Below, piece by piece: positions 50,229 to 60,671 of a stretch of 64,000 nt of DNA. Source of the DNA: Nitrospirota bacterium (GTDB taxonomy: Bacteria > Nitrospirota > Nitrospiria > Nitrospirales > NS-4); the NCBI GenBank assembly GCA_963788195.1, contig CAWBGA010000004.1:1-64000 (forward strand). Direction: 5' to 3'. Each line of letters begins with the position of its first letter. Position 1 is the first letter of the stretch. Below the pieces are notes generated by a model that was not told where the DNA came from, ran no database searches, and was given only the letters and a program-made list of their open reading frames with translations. The position numbers and the translations under genes are program-made.

Positions 50229-51304
50229 TGTTAGAGACCCTGACAGACATTTCCTCGATCAGGCCCGCATGCTCACTGGGGGTAGAAGTTCTCCTTGCTG
50301 ATGACCTTACAGCCTGGGATGCGTATGTCAGAGGCCACCACTGCGCATTTACTTATCACCAGAGCGGATGGAAAGCCGTCGTTGAACAAAGCTTTGGGCA
50401 TCGGACTCGATATCTCCAAGCCGTTGATAAGAAGCGTATTGTCGGGATCTTACCGCTTGTGGTGATGAAAAGTTTGCTCTTCGGTCGATTTGTCGTCTCT
50501 TTGCCGTACTTCAACTATGCGGGCATTCTCGCCGATGATCAAAATTCTGCACAAGCGCTCCTTGACGCCGCGTGCCGTCTCGCAAAAGATGAGACGGCGA
50601 CTTACCTCGAGCTCCGGCACGGCGTGCCTCATGGTATTGGACTGATTCCGAAACGCCACAAAGTCACGATGCTCCTCGGGCTAAAATCAGGTGTCGAAAC
50701 TCAGTGGCAGGCGTTTGACTCCAAGCTGCGCAATCAGGTGCGAAAAGCCGAAAAGTCCGGGTTAACGATCCAAACGGGAGGCGAAGAACTCCTAGACAGC
50801 TTTTATCGAATTTTTGCACGCAATATGCGGGACCTCGGGACTCCCGTGTATGGGAAGGAATTTTTTCAGGCCATCCTGATGAACTTTCCAGCCTCCACAA
50901 GAATCTTTCTTTGCCGCCTCAGAGAGCTACCAGTGGCCGCCGGACTCATCGTGACCTTTAAGGATACTGTCGAAATGCCCTGGGCCGCATCGCTGCGGGA
51001 GCACAGGCACCTTTGCGGGAACATGCTTGTGTACTGGGAAGCCATCAAATTTTCCATCGCGCAGGGTTCTCGAACATTTGATTTCGGCCGCAGCACTCCT
51101 GGCGGTGGAACTTTCAAGTTCAAGGAACAGTGGGGAGCTCGCCAGGTTCCTCTCACCTGGGAGTATTGGACAGTGAATCCGGGGCAATTGCCAGAGATTA
51201 GCCCTAGCAATCCGAAGTATCAGTGGCCGATTCAGATCTGGAAGCGGCTGCCGCTGCAGGTTGCGAATCGAGTCGGCCCATTGATTGCGCGCGCGATCCC
51301 CTGA
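50228..51304 (+). CDS. FemAB-related protein, PEP-CTERM system-associated
   Basis: SLPYFNYAG, YLELR, RNQVRKAEK, NMRDLGTP, FDFGRS, FKEQWGA. Confidence 0.9.
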   Translation: MLETLTDISSIRPACSLGVEVLLADDLTAWDAYVRGHHCAFTYHQSGWKAVVEQSFGHRTRYLQAVDKKRIVGILPLVVMKSLLFGRFVVSLPYFNYAGILADDQNSAQALLDAACRLAKDETATYLELRHGVPHGIGLIPKRHKVTMLLGLKSGVETQWQAFDSKLRNQVRKAEKSGLTIQTGGEELLDSFYRIFARNMRDLGTPVYGKEFFQAILMNFPASTRIFLCRLRELPVAAGLIVTFKDTVEMPWAASLREHRHLCGNMLVYWEAIKFSIAQGSRTFDFGRSTPGGGTFKFKEQWGARQVPLTWEYWTVNPGQLPEISPSNPKYQWPIQIWKRLPLQVANRVGPLIARAIP

Positions 51305-51379
51305 CCCGCCCGAAGCAAATCGACGAATGAAACCCGAAAGATTAGAAGAGCGAAACAGCGACCAAGGGATGGTGGACTA

Positions 51380-52261
51380 ATGGATCAAGCGGTAGTGACA
51401 CCCAGCCATGTAACCCCGGCGCCGGCACTGGTGGGATCTCCTTTGCCTTCCATTGTGATCGAGGCGCGCAGGAGTCTATGGGACCTGAATCTTAAAGAAA
51501 TCTGGCACTACCGAGAGCTTTTATACTTCTTGGTGTGGCGCGATGTGAAAGTTCGTTATAAACAGACCTCCATTGGCGTTACGTGGGCGGTACTCCAGCC
51601 ACTGCTCACGATGATGATCTTCACGCTGGTCTTCAGCTACCTTGCAAAAATCCCGTCGGACGGCGTTCCATATCCTATTTTTGCTTACGCCGCTCTGCTG
51701 CCATGGACGTATTTCTCCCATGCCATCGGGCGATGTGCCTCGAGCGTCATAGGAGATGCCGGTCTAATTACAAAGGTGTATTTCCCGCGTTTGATCATCC
51801 CGTTGGCCGCTGTCATCCCTGCACTCTTCGATTTCTGTTGGTCGCTGTTAATCCTCTGCGGCATGATGGTGTGGTACGGAATAGCACCGACGTGGGGTCT
51901 ATTGGCGGCGCCCGCATTTCTCTTCCTGGCACTCCTGACGGCATTGGGCGTAGGGTTGTGGCTTTCAGCGTTGAATGTGCGATACCGCGACGTTAACCAT
52001 GTCGTGCCATTCGTAATTCAAATTTGGATGTTCGCATCGCCGATCGTCTACCCAGTAAGCCTGGTCCCAGAGAAGTGGCGATTACTTTATAGCCTGAATC
52101 CTATGGTAGGAGTCATCGAAGGGTTCCGCTGGGGCGTACTCGGCAAGGCCTTTCCCGATCCTATGGTTCTTGGGATCAGCAGTTTTATGGTTCTTGCCGT
52201 GCTTGCGGGTGGTCTTGTCTTTTTTAAGCGTATGGAAAAAACCTTCGCGGACGACATTTGA
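51380..52261 (+). CDS. Polysaccharide ABC transporter permease (Wzm-like)
   Basis: YRELLYFLVWRDVKVRYKQT, KVYFPR, NVRYRDV, LNPMVGVIEGFR. Confidence 0.93.
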   Translation: MDQAVVTPSHVTPAPALVGSPLPSIVIEARRSLWDLNLKEIWHYRELLYFLVWRDVKVRYKQTSIGVTWAVLQPLLTMMIFTLVFSYLAKIPSDGVPYPIFAYAALLPWTYFSHAIGRCASSVIGDAGLITKVYFPRLIIPLAAVIPALFDFCWSLLILCGMMVWYGIAPTWGLLAAPAFLFLALLTALGVGLWLSALNVRYRDVNHVVPFVIQIWMFASPIVYPVSLVPEKWRLLYSLNPMVGVIEGFRWGVLGKAFPDPMVLGISSFMVLAVLAGGLVFFKRMEKTFADDI

Positions 52262-53517
52262 TGAGTAACCTTTCGATTCGGGTCCACAATCTGTCGAAAC
52301 AGTATGCGATTGGAACGGCGAAAAACCGCCATGACACCTTGCGTGACCAGTTGATGGAGCGTCTGACAGGAATCTTTCAGCGCAATGGCAAATCACGAAA
52401 TAGGGATCATAGCATCTGGGCTTTGCAAGACGTCTCATTTGAAGTTAAACAAGGCGAAGTTCTCGGCATTATCGGACGCAACGGCGCGGGTAAAAGCACG
52501 TTGCTTAAGATTCTTTCACGTGTTACCGAGCCGACAACAGGACGGGCAGAAGTGTACGGTCGAATCGCTTCACTCTTGGAGGTAGGTACCGGCTTTCATG
52601 CAGAACTAACCGGGCGGGAAAATATTTTCCTCAATGGAGCGATCCTAGGCATGAAGAAGCGGGAAATCGAAGGTAAGTTCGACGAGATCGTGGCCTTTGC
52701 TGAAATCGAGAAGTTTCTAGATACTCCTGTGAAGCGATATTCGAGTGGCATGTACGTCCGTCTTGCCTTCGCGGTCGCCGCTCATCTGGAGCCGGAAATT
52801 CTCATCGTGGATGAAGTGCTTGCGGTCGGTGACGCGGCGTTCCAGAAAAAATGTCTTGGACAGATGGAGCACGTCGCTAACACCGGGCGGACTGTCATAT
52901 TTGTCAGCCACAATCTCGGAGCCCTGCTCCAGCTATGCCCCCAGTCAATCTTGTTGAATGAGGGTCGGATCGTGGCTGCCGGGTCGTCGAAAGAGGTGTC
53001 TGACAGGTATTTGTCGATCGTGTTTTCGCCCGATCAGGCCAAGCAACCCAGGGCATCCGTGGAGAGGAAGCCGGACGATCGACTACGGTTTACGGATACC
53101 TATCTTCGGAACCCATTGGGTCACGTCACCACGACACCGGTTGCCGGGGATCCGATCGACATTATCCTGGAGTTCGAAAGCTTTGAAGATCTCTCTCATG
53201 TCCGGTTTATGCTGACGCTCTTTAACCAGCAGATGGTCGCGGTCACGCACTGTAATGTCGGTGCATATGGACAGTCATTACATGTCTCTCAGGGCAAGGG
53301 CCACGTGAATTGCCATATCCCGAGACTGCCCCTGCCGATCGGGTCCTATAAAATTGCCGTTGCCGCAGCAGACGATCGAGGGACCCTAGACCTAGTCCCG
53401 TCGGCCTGCTTCTTCAATGTCGAATCGAGCCACTTTTTCCCGTCGGCCTTCGTAACGCCAATCGAGTACTCGGCCGCTCTCGTCGACCACTCCTGGAAAT
53501 TGCACGAACAACTCTGA
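52261..53517 (+). CDS. Polysaccharide ABC ATPase with C-terminal Wzt_C domain (Wzt-1)
   Basis: GRNGAGKST, YSSGMYVRLAF, IVDEVLAVGD, VSH; about 170-aa Ig-like C-terminal domain. Confidence 0.93.
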   Translation: MSNLSIRVHNLSKQYAIGTAKNRHDTLRDQLMERLTGIFQRNGKSRNRDHSIWALQDVSFEVKQGEVLGIIGRNGAGKSTLLKILSRVTEPTTGRAEVYGRIASLLEVGTGFHAELTGRENIFLNGAILGMKKREIEGKFDEIVAFAEIEKFLDTPVKRYSSGMYVRLAFAVAAHLEPEILIVDEVLAVGDAAFQKKCLGQMEHVANTGRTVIFVSHNLGALLQLCPQSILLNEGRIVAAGSSKEVSDRYLSIVFSPDQAKQPRASVERKPDDRLRFTDTYLRNPLGHVTTTPVAGDPIDIILEFESFEDLSHVRFMLTLFNQQMVAVTHCNVGAYGQSLHVSQGKGHVNCHIPRLPLPIGSYKIAVAAADDRGTLDLVPSACFFNVESSHFFPSAFVTPIEYSAALVDHSWKLHEQL

Positions 53518-53558
53518 AGATCTGGGAGTAATCGCCGGAGAGGCGAGGAGAACCCGCG

Positions 53559-55370
53559 GTGGCAAATATTCTTATCGTCGTCGATCCTGACCCGGATCGC
53601 CGTTCACAATTCATCAGGGCGGTTATGCCGCTGTTGCCCATTGTTCCCGGGCTGCGGACCGCGGCCTGTGCCAGCGGCGATTTTTGTGCGGTGTGGGCGG
53701 CGTCGATGCGAGCACCTATCAGCGTGGTAGATGACAACGACGGTGCTGCCGTCCTATGGGGAGATGCGATTTTGGGACCGGGCCCGGAAAGAGCCCAAGC
53801 GCATGAGCTGAGGCGGGTCTGGGATAATTGTGCGGAGGAGCTCCCAGCTCCTTTCGATGGATTCCATGCCGGTGTTGTGTACCGGCCTGAGGCTGGTGTC
53901 ACGGTGGGCGCTGACCTCCTCGGCATCTTCCCCATTTATTACTATGCGGCCGACACGGTGCTCCTCGTGGGGTCAAGCCCCGAGCTGTTCCGATATCATC
54001 CCTCTTTTCTGATGAAATTTAATCCTGCCGCTCTCGTAGGGATGCTGCTCCTGATGCACCCGCTGGGGGGCGACACTCTCTTTCAAGGTGTCCGGCGTCT
54101 TGCCGCCGGCCATCTGCTTTCTTGGCGACCTGGCGAGCCTCCAAAAGAGGCCAGGCAATACCAGGTTCCGGTATCAGAGCGGTATTTCGATCTTCCTTTC
54201 TCAGCACAGGTGCAAATTCTCGATGATACGTTGGATGAGGCTGTAGCCCGGCACGCCCCTGCAGGTAAGGAATACGGCCTGATGCTCTCAGGCGGGCGGG
54301 ACTCTCGAATGTTAGGTGGTTATCTCAAACGCAGGCATACCGAGGTCGAGGCTCTCACCCTTGGAAACTCTCCCTTTGAGTATGATCTGGAAATTGCCCG
54401 GTCAGTGGCTGGGATCTTAGGCTTTGAACACCATTCTGGAACGGTTCTACAGGACCAGTATCCGCACTATGCGGAACTGCATGCCCGCTGGACCCACGGC
54501 TTGTGTGGATTCAACCAGATCATGTTTTGGGGTGTCCATTCGCATCTGAGGGAGCTGCCCCCTTATGTGGTGATGGGCTATGTTATGGATGCAATCCTGG
54601 GAGGCACCCACATTGACTGGGCCTATAGCCCCTCGGCCAAAGCCATGTCTTTCGAGGCGTTTTTCGGCGAGATCAACCGTTCTGGTTTCCATCCTGATAT
54701 TCTGCAGAAAGTTCTCCGACCCGAAATCTTCACCGGGATGATTGAAGAGGCGCTCGCTCGCATTCGTTCTACTTTTGACGGCTATGCTAGTCTGGAATCA
54801 CAGCGTGCCTGGTGCTTCGACCTCTATCACCGGCAGCGGTTTTTTATCGGCAGTCTCATATGGCAAGCTTCGTTTGGCGCATGGCCAATCCTTCCGGCTG
54901 TTGACCAAGAGGTGCTTGCGGTTGTCGGCGGCATGCCGGCATCCACGATCGCGGAACGCCGAGCGCAAGATGAACTCCTGCTCAGTCGGTTCCCGGATCT
55001 GGCCGCGCTTCCCCTGGAGACGAGCCCATCCCATCCTGATCCCCTTCAGCCGAGATTTCGTTGGCGGCTCCGGCGCTGTCTAGAGGATCGATTGCCGCTC
55101 ATTCGGCGATTACAACAATTCCGTGACTCTCGAAAGGGAGAACGTAACTTCTATTACGGTTTGTGGAACGTCAATGGACCGGGGTGGTCAAATGTGCGGC
55201 GACTGGCCGATAGTAACCGTGATCGGGTTCTAGAATTCTTCCAAAAAGATTTCTTCGAGACACTTCTGCCGGCGCCGCATGTCCCTCTACACTTCGAAGA
55301 GCCAATCATGGGGGCGTCAGGAGTAAAATCACTGCTTGGGTTTTTATTGTGGTCAAGGGACCACCTATGA
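53559..55370 (+). CDS. Asparagine synthetase-like amide ligase lacking the N-terminal Cys
   Basis: DLLGIFPIYY, TLFQGVRRLAAG, PP-loop LSGGRDSR; begins MANIL. Confidence 0.8.
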   Translation: MANILIVVDPDPDRRSQFIRAVMPLLPIVPGLRTAACASGDFCAVWAASMRAPISVVDDNDGAAVLWGDAILGPGPERAQAHELRRVWDNCAEELPAPFDGFHAGVVYRPEAGVTVGADLLGIFPIYYYAADTVLLVGSSPELFRYHPSFLMKFNPAALVGMLLLMHPLGGDTLFQGVRRLAAGHLLSWRPGEPPKEARQYQVPVSERYFDLPFSAQVQILDDTLDEAVARHAPAGKEYGLMLSGGRDSRMLGGYLKRRHTEVEALTLGNSPFEYDLEIARSVAGILGFEHHSGTVLQDQYPHYAELHARWTHGLCGFNQIMFWGVHSHLRELPPYVVMGYVMDAILGGTHIDWAYSPSAKAMSFEAFFGEINRSGFHPDILQKVLRPEIFTGMIEEALARIRSTFDGYASLESQRAWCFDLYHRQRFFIGSLIWQASFGAWPILPAVDQEVLAVVGGMPASTIAERRAQDELLLSRFPDLAALPLETSPSHPDPLQPRFRWRLRRCLEDRLPLIRRLQQFRDSRKGERNFYYGLWNVNGPGWSNVRRLADSNRDRVLEFFQKDFFETLLPAPHVPLHFEEPIMGASGVKSLLGFLLWSRDHL

Positions 55371-55395
55371 GCCGGCACGGCGTTAGGATCTGCAT

Positions 55396-56568
55396 ATGCC
55401 CATTACGGTAAACATTCAGAAACCTCTTTCTGAAAAAGGAGATGTCGCCTCGGCCCAAATTCAGATCGGTCAAAAGGATTACAAGGATTATGATGTGTGG
55501 TATCGGGCTACGAATAGCCCAGTGTCCGATGGGGCCGATACGTTTTTGGCGGCCATGCTGATGCCGGCGATGAAAGTAGGCGGACCCTTAAAAATCGATG
55601 GAAGAATATCTGCTCGTCTGCTGAGGACGATTCCTACCATTCAAGATATTCTTACCAGTTGGTGTCCTGAGCTACAAAGAGTGACAGTTGAATCGGGTGT
55701 GAGGCAAGCTCATGAGATCAGGAATGAGCGAGGAGTGGCATGCTTTTTTTCAGGAGGCGTCGATTCCTTTTATACGTATTTCAAAAACCGGGACGACATT
55801 ACACACGTGATCTTCGTCCACGGCTTTGATTTTTCATTACAAGATGAGGTGTTGCGCAATACCATCGTGACATCCATGCGGAGGGCAGCCGCCGAACTCG
55901 GTAAGCCGTTGGTAGAAGTCGAGACAAACTTCCGGGCATGCACTGATTCTTATGCCGACTGGGGATTGTATTTTGGCAGCGCGTTGGCAAGCGTCGTGCT
56001 TCTCCTTGCCCCACAATTCAAAAAAATCTACATACCCTCTTCACATTCATATTCGCATCTTCATCCTTGGGGTTCACATCCCCTACTTGACCCTTTATGG
56101 AGTACGGACGAAATAGAAATTGTGCATGATGGATGCGAAAGCGGAAGAGCGAATAAGGTTGCGTACATTGCCCAATCGGATATTGCGTTAAGCTGCCTTC
56201 GGGTGTGTTGGGAGAACCGGGAAGGAGCTTATAACTGCGGCCGATGCGAGAAATGTCTGAGGACAATGATCAGCTTGCGGGCCGCACACGCGCTTGACCG
56301 TTGCCCGACTTTCCAGGCCCCGCTTGATTTGGATTCAGTGGCGCGGCTAAATGGCGCAGATGTGAATGACAAAATCTTTCTGGAAGAAAATCTGCACGCC
56401 GTCAAAGCTGCGGGCCATGATCCTCAACTGGTTCAGGCTCTTCGCGACGCCTTAGATCGACGATATCACAGAGGAAGGCGGGAGCGGTTTCATCAGGTTG
56501 TCGACATCGTTGTAGACACGTTGTATCCCAAGAGAATACGAGGAGTATGGCGCCGGGGTCTCGGCTAA
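55396..56568 (+). CDS. PP-loop (QueC-like) adenylating protein of unknown function
   Basis: FFSGGVDS, WGSHPLLDPLWS, LRVCW..NCGRCEKCLRT. Confidence 0.75.
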   Translation: MPITVNIQKPLSEKGDVASAQIQIGQKDYKDYDVWYRATNSPVSDGADTFLAAMLMPAMKVGGPLKIDGRISARLLRTIPTIQDILTSWCPELQRVTVESGVRQAHEIRNERGVACFFSGGVDSFYTYFKNRDDITHVIFVHGFDFSLQDEVLRNTIVTSMRRAAAELGKPLVEVETNFRACTDSYADWGLYFGSALASVVLLLAPQFKKIYIPSSHSYSHLHPWGSHPLLDPLWSTDEIEIVHDGCESGRANKVAYIAQSDIALSCLRVCWENREGAYNCGRCEKCLRTMISLRAAHALDRCPTFQAPLDLDSVARLNGADVNDKIFLEENLHAVKAAGHDPQLVQALRDALDRRYHRGRRERFHQVVDIVVDTLYPKRIRGVWRRGLG

Positions 56569-56597
56569 ACGTGGTTTCACTAAGAATTAAGGGCAAG

Positions 56598-57893
56598 ATG
56601 AAACTCCTCCTCGAGCACCACTCAAACGCAAACCTTGGCGATACCGCCATGATCGAGGGAACGGTCCAAAGACTGACCGAAGTGTTACCAAACTGGGAGA
56701 TACACGTGCCTGACCGCCCCGGTCTACGGACCACACTGTGGAGTCTGCCCGGCGTGCACCGCATCAGTGATTTTTCGGTGATGCCTATGGGGCACAATCG
56801 CATAGCGCAGACGCGGTTTTTATGGCGATTCCATGGGGTTTGGAACAATTTCGTTTTTAAGGTTGCCTTGCGCTCGGTGGGAAGGTTTCATCGGGTCGGA
56901 ATACTTCCCTTGCATGATGGAGGCCGGAAGCAAGACGCAGTCAAAAGTCTTGAAAATTTCTGTCAACAGTTCGACGCCTTACATATTGTGGGGCAGAGTG
57001 GCCTGGTAGAAGTGTTCTCCGATTGTTTGTTTCAACAATGCTGCTTGATTCTCGCTTTTGCTGAGCAGCACAAACCCGTGATCATGACGGGTCAGCAATT
57101 GGGACCGCTCCCCTCAGCAATCTACCGAAAGTTAGTGTTGCGTGTGTTAAGAAGAGTGGATTTTGTCGGCTTGCGAGAGCCGACAGAATCCGTCTCCATC
57201 TGTCAGGAGGCACAGTTGCCACCACAACGCTTTGAAGTCATGGGAGACGACTCGTTCGGAATGCCGCCCGCGCCGGATGAGCACGTTGTTTTTCTATTAA
57301 ACCAATATGGATTGAAAGAACATGCCTTCCTTGCGGTGAATGTCCGATTCGCATCCTATACCGAGGAGCATCGGAGTCATCTACAAAAAATTGCCGCAAT
57401 CATTGTAAAAGTTTCGAGAAATATCGGAATGCCGATTGTGATTGTGCCGATTTCTCTCAACGAAATGGACTCGGACATTCGTGCCGGAAAAGAGTTGCGT
57501 GAAGCTCTAGGCGCCCGAGATGCACGGATCATTGATAATGAGGATCTTACCTCTGCGCTTATTAAGGGTGTGCTCGGGAAAGCATTCGGCGCGGTCTGCG
57601 TCTCCTATCATGCGTGCACATTCGCATTAAGTCAGAGCGTCCCTGCCATTTGCATGTACGACGGAACCTACTATGGGCAGAAGGCGCGTGGGATTTGCGC
57701 ATATTGGGGAGATAATCGCCTCGGCATTGATCTCAAAGAGGTCAATGTTGGTTTAGCGGCGAACCAAATTCTCGATGTGTTGAATGATGAGGCGCTGCGG
57801 AAGAAACTGAAAACACTTTCCCACAAGGTTATCGCACAATGGCAAAGGATCTTTGATCGTCGGGTCCGGGACATTTTCGGCAATGTCGCCTGA
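56598..57893 (+). CDS. Polysaccharide pyruvyl transferase family protein
   Basis: NLGDTAMIEG, GQQLGP, GLRE..S, GDDSF, VSYHACTFAL. Confidence 0.8.
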   Translation: MKLLLEHHSNANLGDTAMIEGTVQRLTEVLPNWEIHVPDRPGLRTTLWSLPGVHRISDFSVMPMGHNRIAQTRFLWRFHGVWNNFVFKVALRSVGRFHRVGILPLHDGGRKQDAVKSLENFCQQFDALHIVGQSGLVEVFSDCLFQQCCLILAFAEQHKPVIMTGQQLGPLPSAIYRKLVLRVLRRVDFVGLREPTESVSICQEAQLPPQRFEVMGDDSFGMPPAPDEHVVFLLNQYGLKEHAFLAVNVRFASYTEEHRSHLQKIAAIIVKVSRNIGMPIVIVPISLNEMDSDIRAGKELREALGARDARIIDNEDLTSALIKGVLGKAFGAVCVSYHACTFALSQSVPAICMYDGTYYGQKARGICAYWGDNRLGIDLKEVNVGLAANQILDVLNDEALRKKLKTLSHKVIAQWQRIFDRRVRDIFGNVA

Positions 57894-57924
57894 CCATGAG
57901 CCGTATGCGTCGGTTCGAGCATAA

Positions 57925-58977
57925 ATGAATGCCAGTGGTTTCAAATACAAGCCCAGAATGTTAGGAACAGCAAGGCTAGCACAATGGATACGCAATCGGA
58001 TTGTCGGAAAACCTGTCATCCTCCTATATCATCGCATTGCTTCGGTCACTCCGGATCCTTGGGACTTATGCGTGACTCCCGAGCACTTTGCCGAGCAGCT
58101 TTCGGTTTTGAAAAATAAGATGCAGGTACTACCGCTGCAGCAACTTATGCATGCACCTCGAAGGGGAGTGTCAAGACCATTAGTCAGTGTGACTTTCGAT
58201 GATGGATATAGCGATAATCTCTACAATGCTAAACCATTGCTTGAAAAATTTGGCGTCCCCGCGACGGTGTTTGCTGTCAGCGGCCAGCTCACGGACACAC
58301 GTGAATTTTGGTGGGATGAACTCGAGAAGATTCTGCTGCGTCCAGGGAAGGTTCCGCCAATACTTCAGCTAACTCTTGGCGGCAAAGCTTACGAGTGGCA
58401 GTTAGGAGAGGCCGAGAATTGCGCTCAGTCATCTTCCGAGCATTTACATTGGAAGGCCTCGGGCAAAGAAGATCCGACGAAGCGTCACGGTTTGTATCGC
58501 GCCCTATATCCGTTGCTCCAACGGCTCCTACCCGATGAACGACGGAAAGTAATGGACGCGCTGCTTGAATGGTCGGACGCTCCTGTGGAGGCGAGGGCCT
58601 CCCACCGTTCGCTGACATCGGACGAGCTTCAAAGTCTTGGTAAAGATGGTCTTGTGGAGATTGGTGCTCACACGGTGACCCACCCGGTGCTTTCCGCACT
58701 ACCGGTCCCACTACAACGGCAGGAGATCGCACAAAGCAAAGTCGACTTAGAGGAGGTGCTGGGACGACCTATAACTTCTTTTGCCTATCCCCACGGCGGT
58801 CGGTCCCATTACACCCTGGAGACAGTTGATGTTGTGAAGCAAACTGGATTCGGTTGCGCGTGCTCAGCGTTCGGAGGTTTCGTGCAACGAGACACTGACT
58901 GGTTACAAGTACCGCGCTACGCGGTCCCGGATCTCGGCGGAGAGGGGTTCGCCCAATGGCTGCACACGCTTTCTTAG
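57925..58977 (+). CDS. Polysaccharide deacetylase (NodB/CE4)
   Basis: LLYHR, VTFDDGYSDN, IGAHTVTHP, FAYPHG. Confidence 0.93.
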   Translation: MNASGFKYKPRMLGTARLAQWIRNRIVGKPVILLYHRIASVTPDPWDLCVTPEHFAEQLSVLKNKMQVLPLQQLMHAPRRGVSRPLVSVTFDDGYSDNLYNAKPLLEKFGVPATVFAVSGQLTDTREFWWDELEKILLRPGKVPPILQLTLGGKAYEWQLGEAENCAQSSSEHLHWKASGKEDPTKRHGLYRALYPLLQRLLPDERRKVMDALLEWSDAPVEARASHRSLTSDELQSLGKDGLVEIGAHTVTHPVLSALPVPLQRQEIAQSKVDLEEVLGRPITSFAYPHGGRSHYTLETVDVVKQTGFGCACSAFGGFVQRDTDWLQVPRYAVPDLGGEGFAQWLHTLS

Positions 58978-59006
58978 AGACGGATTCTTTGGCGTCGGCA
59001 CAAAGG

Positions 59007-60671
59007 ATGAATCGCGCAGAAGAGATCCCTTCCGTATCAGTGATTATTCCCTGCTACAACCACGCGCGGTTTTTAGGAGAAGCCGTTGAAAGTGTTTCTC
59101 ACCAGACATACCGGCATTTTGAGATTATCGTCGTAGATGATGGCTCAACAGACGAGAGCGCTCAGATCGCCGCTCAGTATGACGGCCTTCGTTATGTCCG
59201 GCAAATGAACCAGGGGCTTGCCGCAGCGCGCAATACCGGGCTTCGGGAGAGCAAGGGTGAATATCTAGTATTTCTCGATGCCGATGATCGGCTCCGCCCG
59301 GAAGCTTTGGAGATAGGGGTCCACTACCTAAAAACTCATCCGGAATGTGGCTTCGTGTTTGGGCGCTTCATCAATATCGCCGCCGATGGTTCACCGATTG
59401 GTGATTCGCCGGCACCCTGGTGGCCGGACGACGAGCCCTATGCGACCTTGCTGCGCCGCAACTCTATAGCCATGCACGCCACGGTGATGTATAGCCGCGA
59501 TGCGATTGAGTCTTCCGGAGGCTTCAATCCTTCGCTCAAGGCCTGCGAGGACTATGATCTCTATCTTCGACTTGTTCGGCGATATCCAGTCAAGTGTCAC
59601 GATACTGTCGTGGCGGAGTACCGGCGGCACGCCACAAGCATGTCACAAGACCACGCGCTTATGTTGCGATCTGCCGTGAGTGTTCTCAGAGCACAACGAA
59701 TATATCTGGGGAAACATCAGGCATACAGCGAAGCCTACAAGGCTGGCACAGGGTTCTGGCAAATGCTCTACGGGGAACCATTGGCAGAGGAAGTGATAGG
59801 CCGACTGAAAGCCCGCCAATGGAAGCAGGTTGCCCACGGGTTCATTGTGCTCCTGAGGTACTATCCGAAAGGCTTTATGCTATGCGTGTCTCGCGGGGTT
59901 CGGAAAACTGTCAAGAGCCTATCCGAGCGGACACGGATGTTAATCCGCTCTGCACGTGGTGGGGGGGATAAGGCTCGGCGGCGTGTCCCCTCCGTGGGTA
60001 ACGTCCGTTTCGGGAGCTTACGTCGTGTGACCCCCATCAGCCGGGCGTGGGGTTTCGATCGCGGGTGTCCGGTCGATCGCTATTACATTGAACAGTTTCT
60101 TTCCCTTCATCGTGAAAACATACGAGGCCGGGTCTTAGAGATAGGTGACGATAGTTACACACGGGCATATGGCGGCAATCGTGTTATGCAATCCGATGTC
60201 CTGCACGTAACAGCCGATAATCCTAAGGCAACATTCGTAGGTGATCTGGTGAATGCTGACCACATCCCCTCCGATGCTTTCGATTGCGTCATTCTCACCC
60301 AAACCCTGCATCTGATTTACGATATGCGCGATGCCGTTCGAACGTTGCATCGCATCCTGAAGCCCGAAGGCGTGCTGCTTGCGACAGTCCCTGGGATCAC
60401 GCAAATCTGCCACGCGGATCGTTGGAGTGAATCCTGGTACTGGAGCCTCACAACTCTGTCCGCGCGAAAATTGTTCGAGGAGGTCTTTCAAGGCCCGAGC
60501 GTCACGGTAGACTCATACGGGAATGTGCTCGCTGCGACCGCTTTTCTGCAGGGGTTGTCCGAGCAAGAGCTTCGACCAGAGGAGCTTGATTTTAGGGACA
60601 TGGACTATCAGTTGATCGTGACGATTAAGGCAATGAAAACACTCGCGTTGCGGACTACATCTCATGAGTGA
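59007..60671 (+). CDS. GT2 glycosyltransferase fused to a SAM methyltransferase
   Basis: SVIIPCYN, VVDDGS, FLDADD, EDYDL; then GFDRGCPVDRYYIE, VLEIGD, FDCVILTQTL. Confidence 0.9.
   Translation: MNRAEEIPSVSVIIPCYNHARFLGEAVESVSHQTYRHFEIIVVDDGSTDESAQIAAQYDGLRYVRQMNQGLAAARNTGLRESKGEYLVFLDADDRLRPEALEIGVHYLKTHPECGFVFGRFINIAADGSPIGDSPAPWWPDDEPYATLLRRNSIAMHATVMYSRDAIESSGGFNPSLKACEDYDLYLRLVRRYPVKCHDTVVAEYRRHATSMSQDHALMLRSAVSVLRAQRIYLGKHQAYSEAYKAGTGFWQMLYGEPLAEEVIGRLKARQWKQVAHGFIVLLRYYPKGFMLCVSRGVRKTVKSLSERTRMLIRSARGGGDKARRRVPSVGNVRFGSLRRVTPISRAWGFDRGCPVDRYYIEQFLSLHRENIRGRVLEIGDDSYTRAYGGNRVMQSDVLHVTADNPKATFVGDLVNADHIPSDAFDCVILTQTLHLIYDMRDAVRTLHRILKPEGVLLATVPGITQICHADRWSESWYWSLTTLSARKLFEEVFQGPSVTVDSYGNVLAATAFLQGLSEQELRPEELDFRDMDYQLIVTIKAMKTLALRTTSHE

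Noticed and set aside
53559..55370. Lasso peptide cyclase / RiPP cluster
   Set aside because: No precursor peptide, PqqD/RRE or B2 protease adjacent; the context is entirely polysaccharide.
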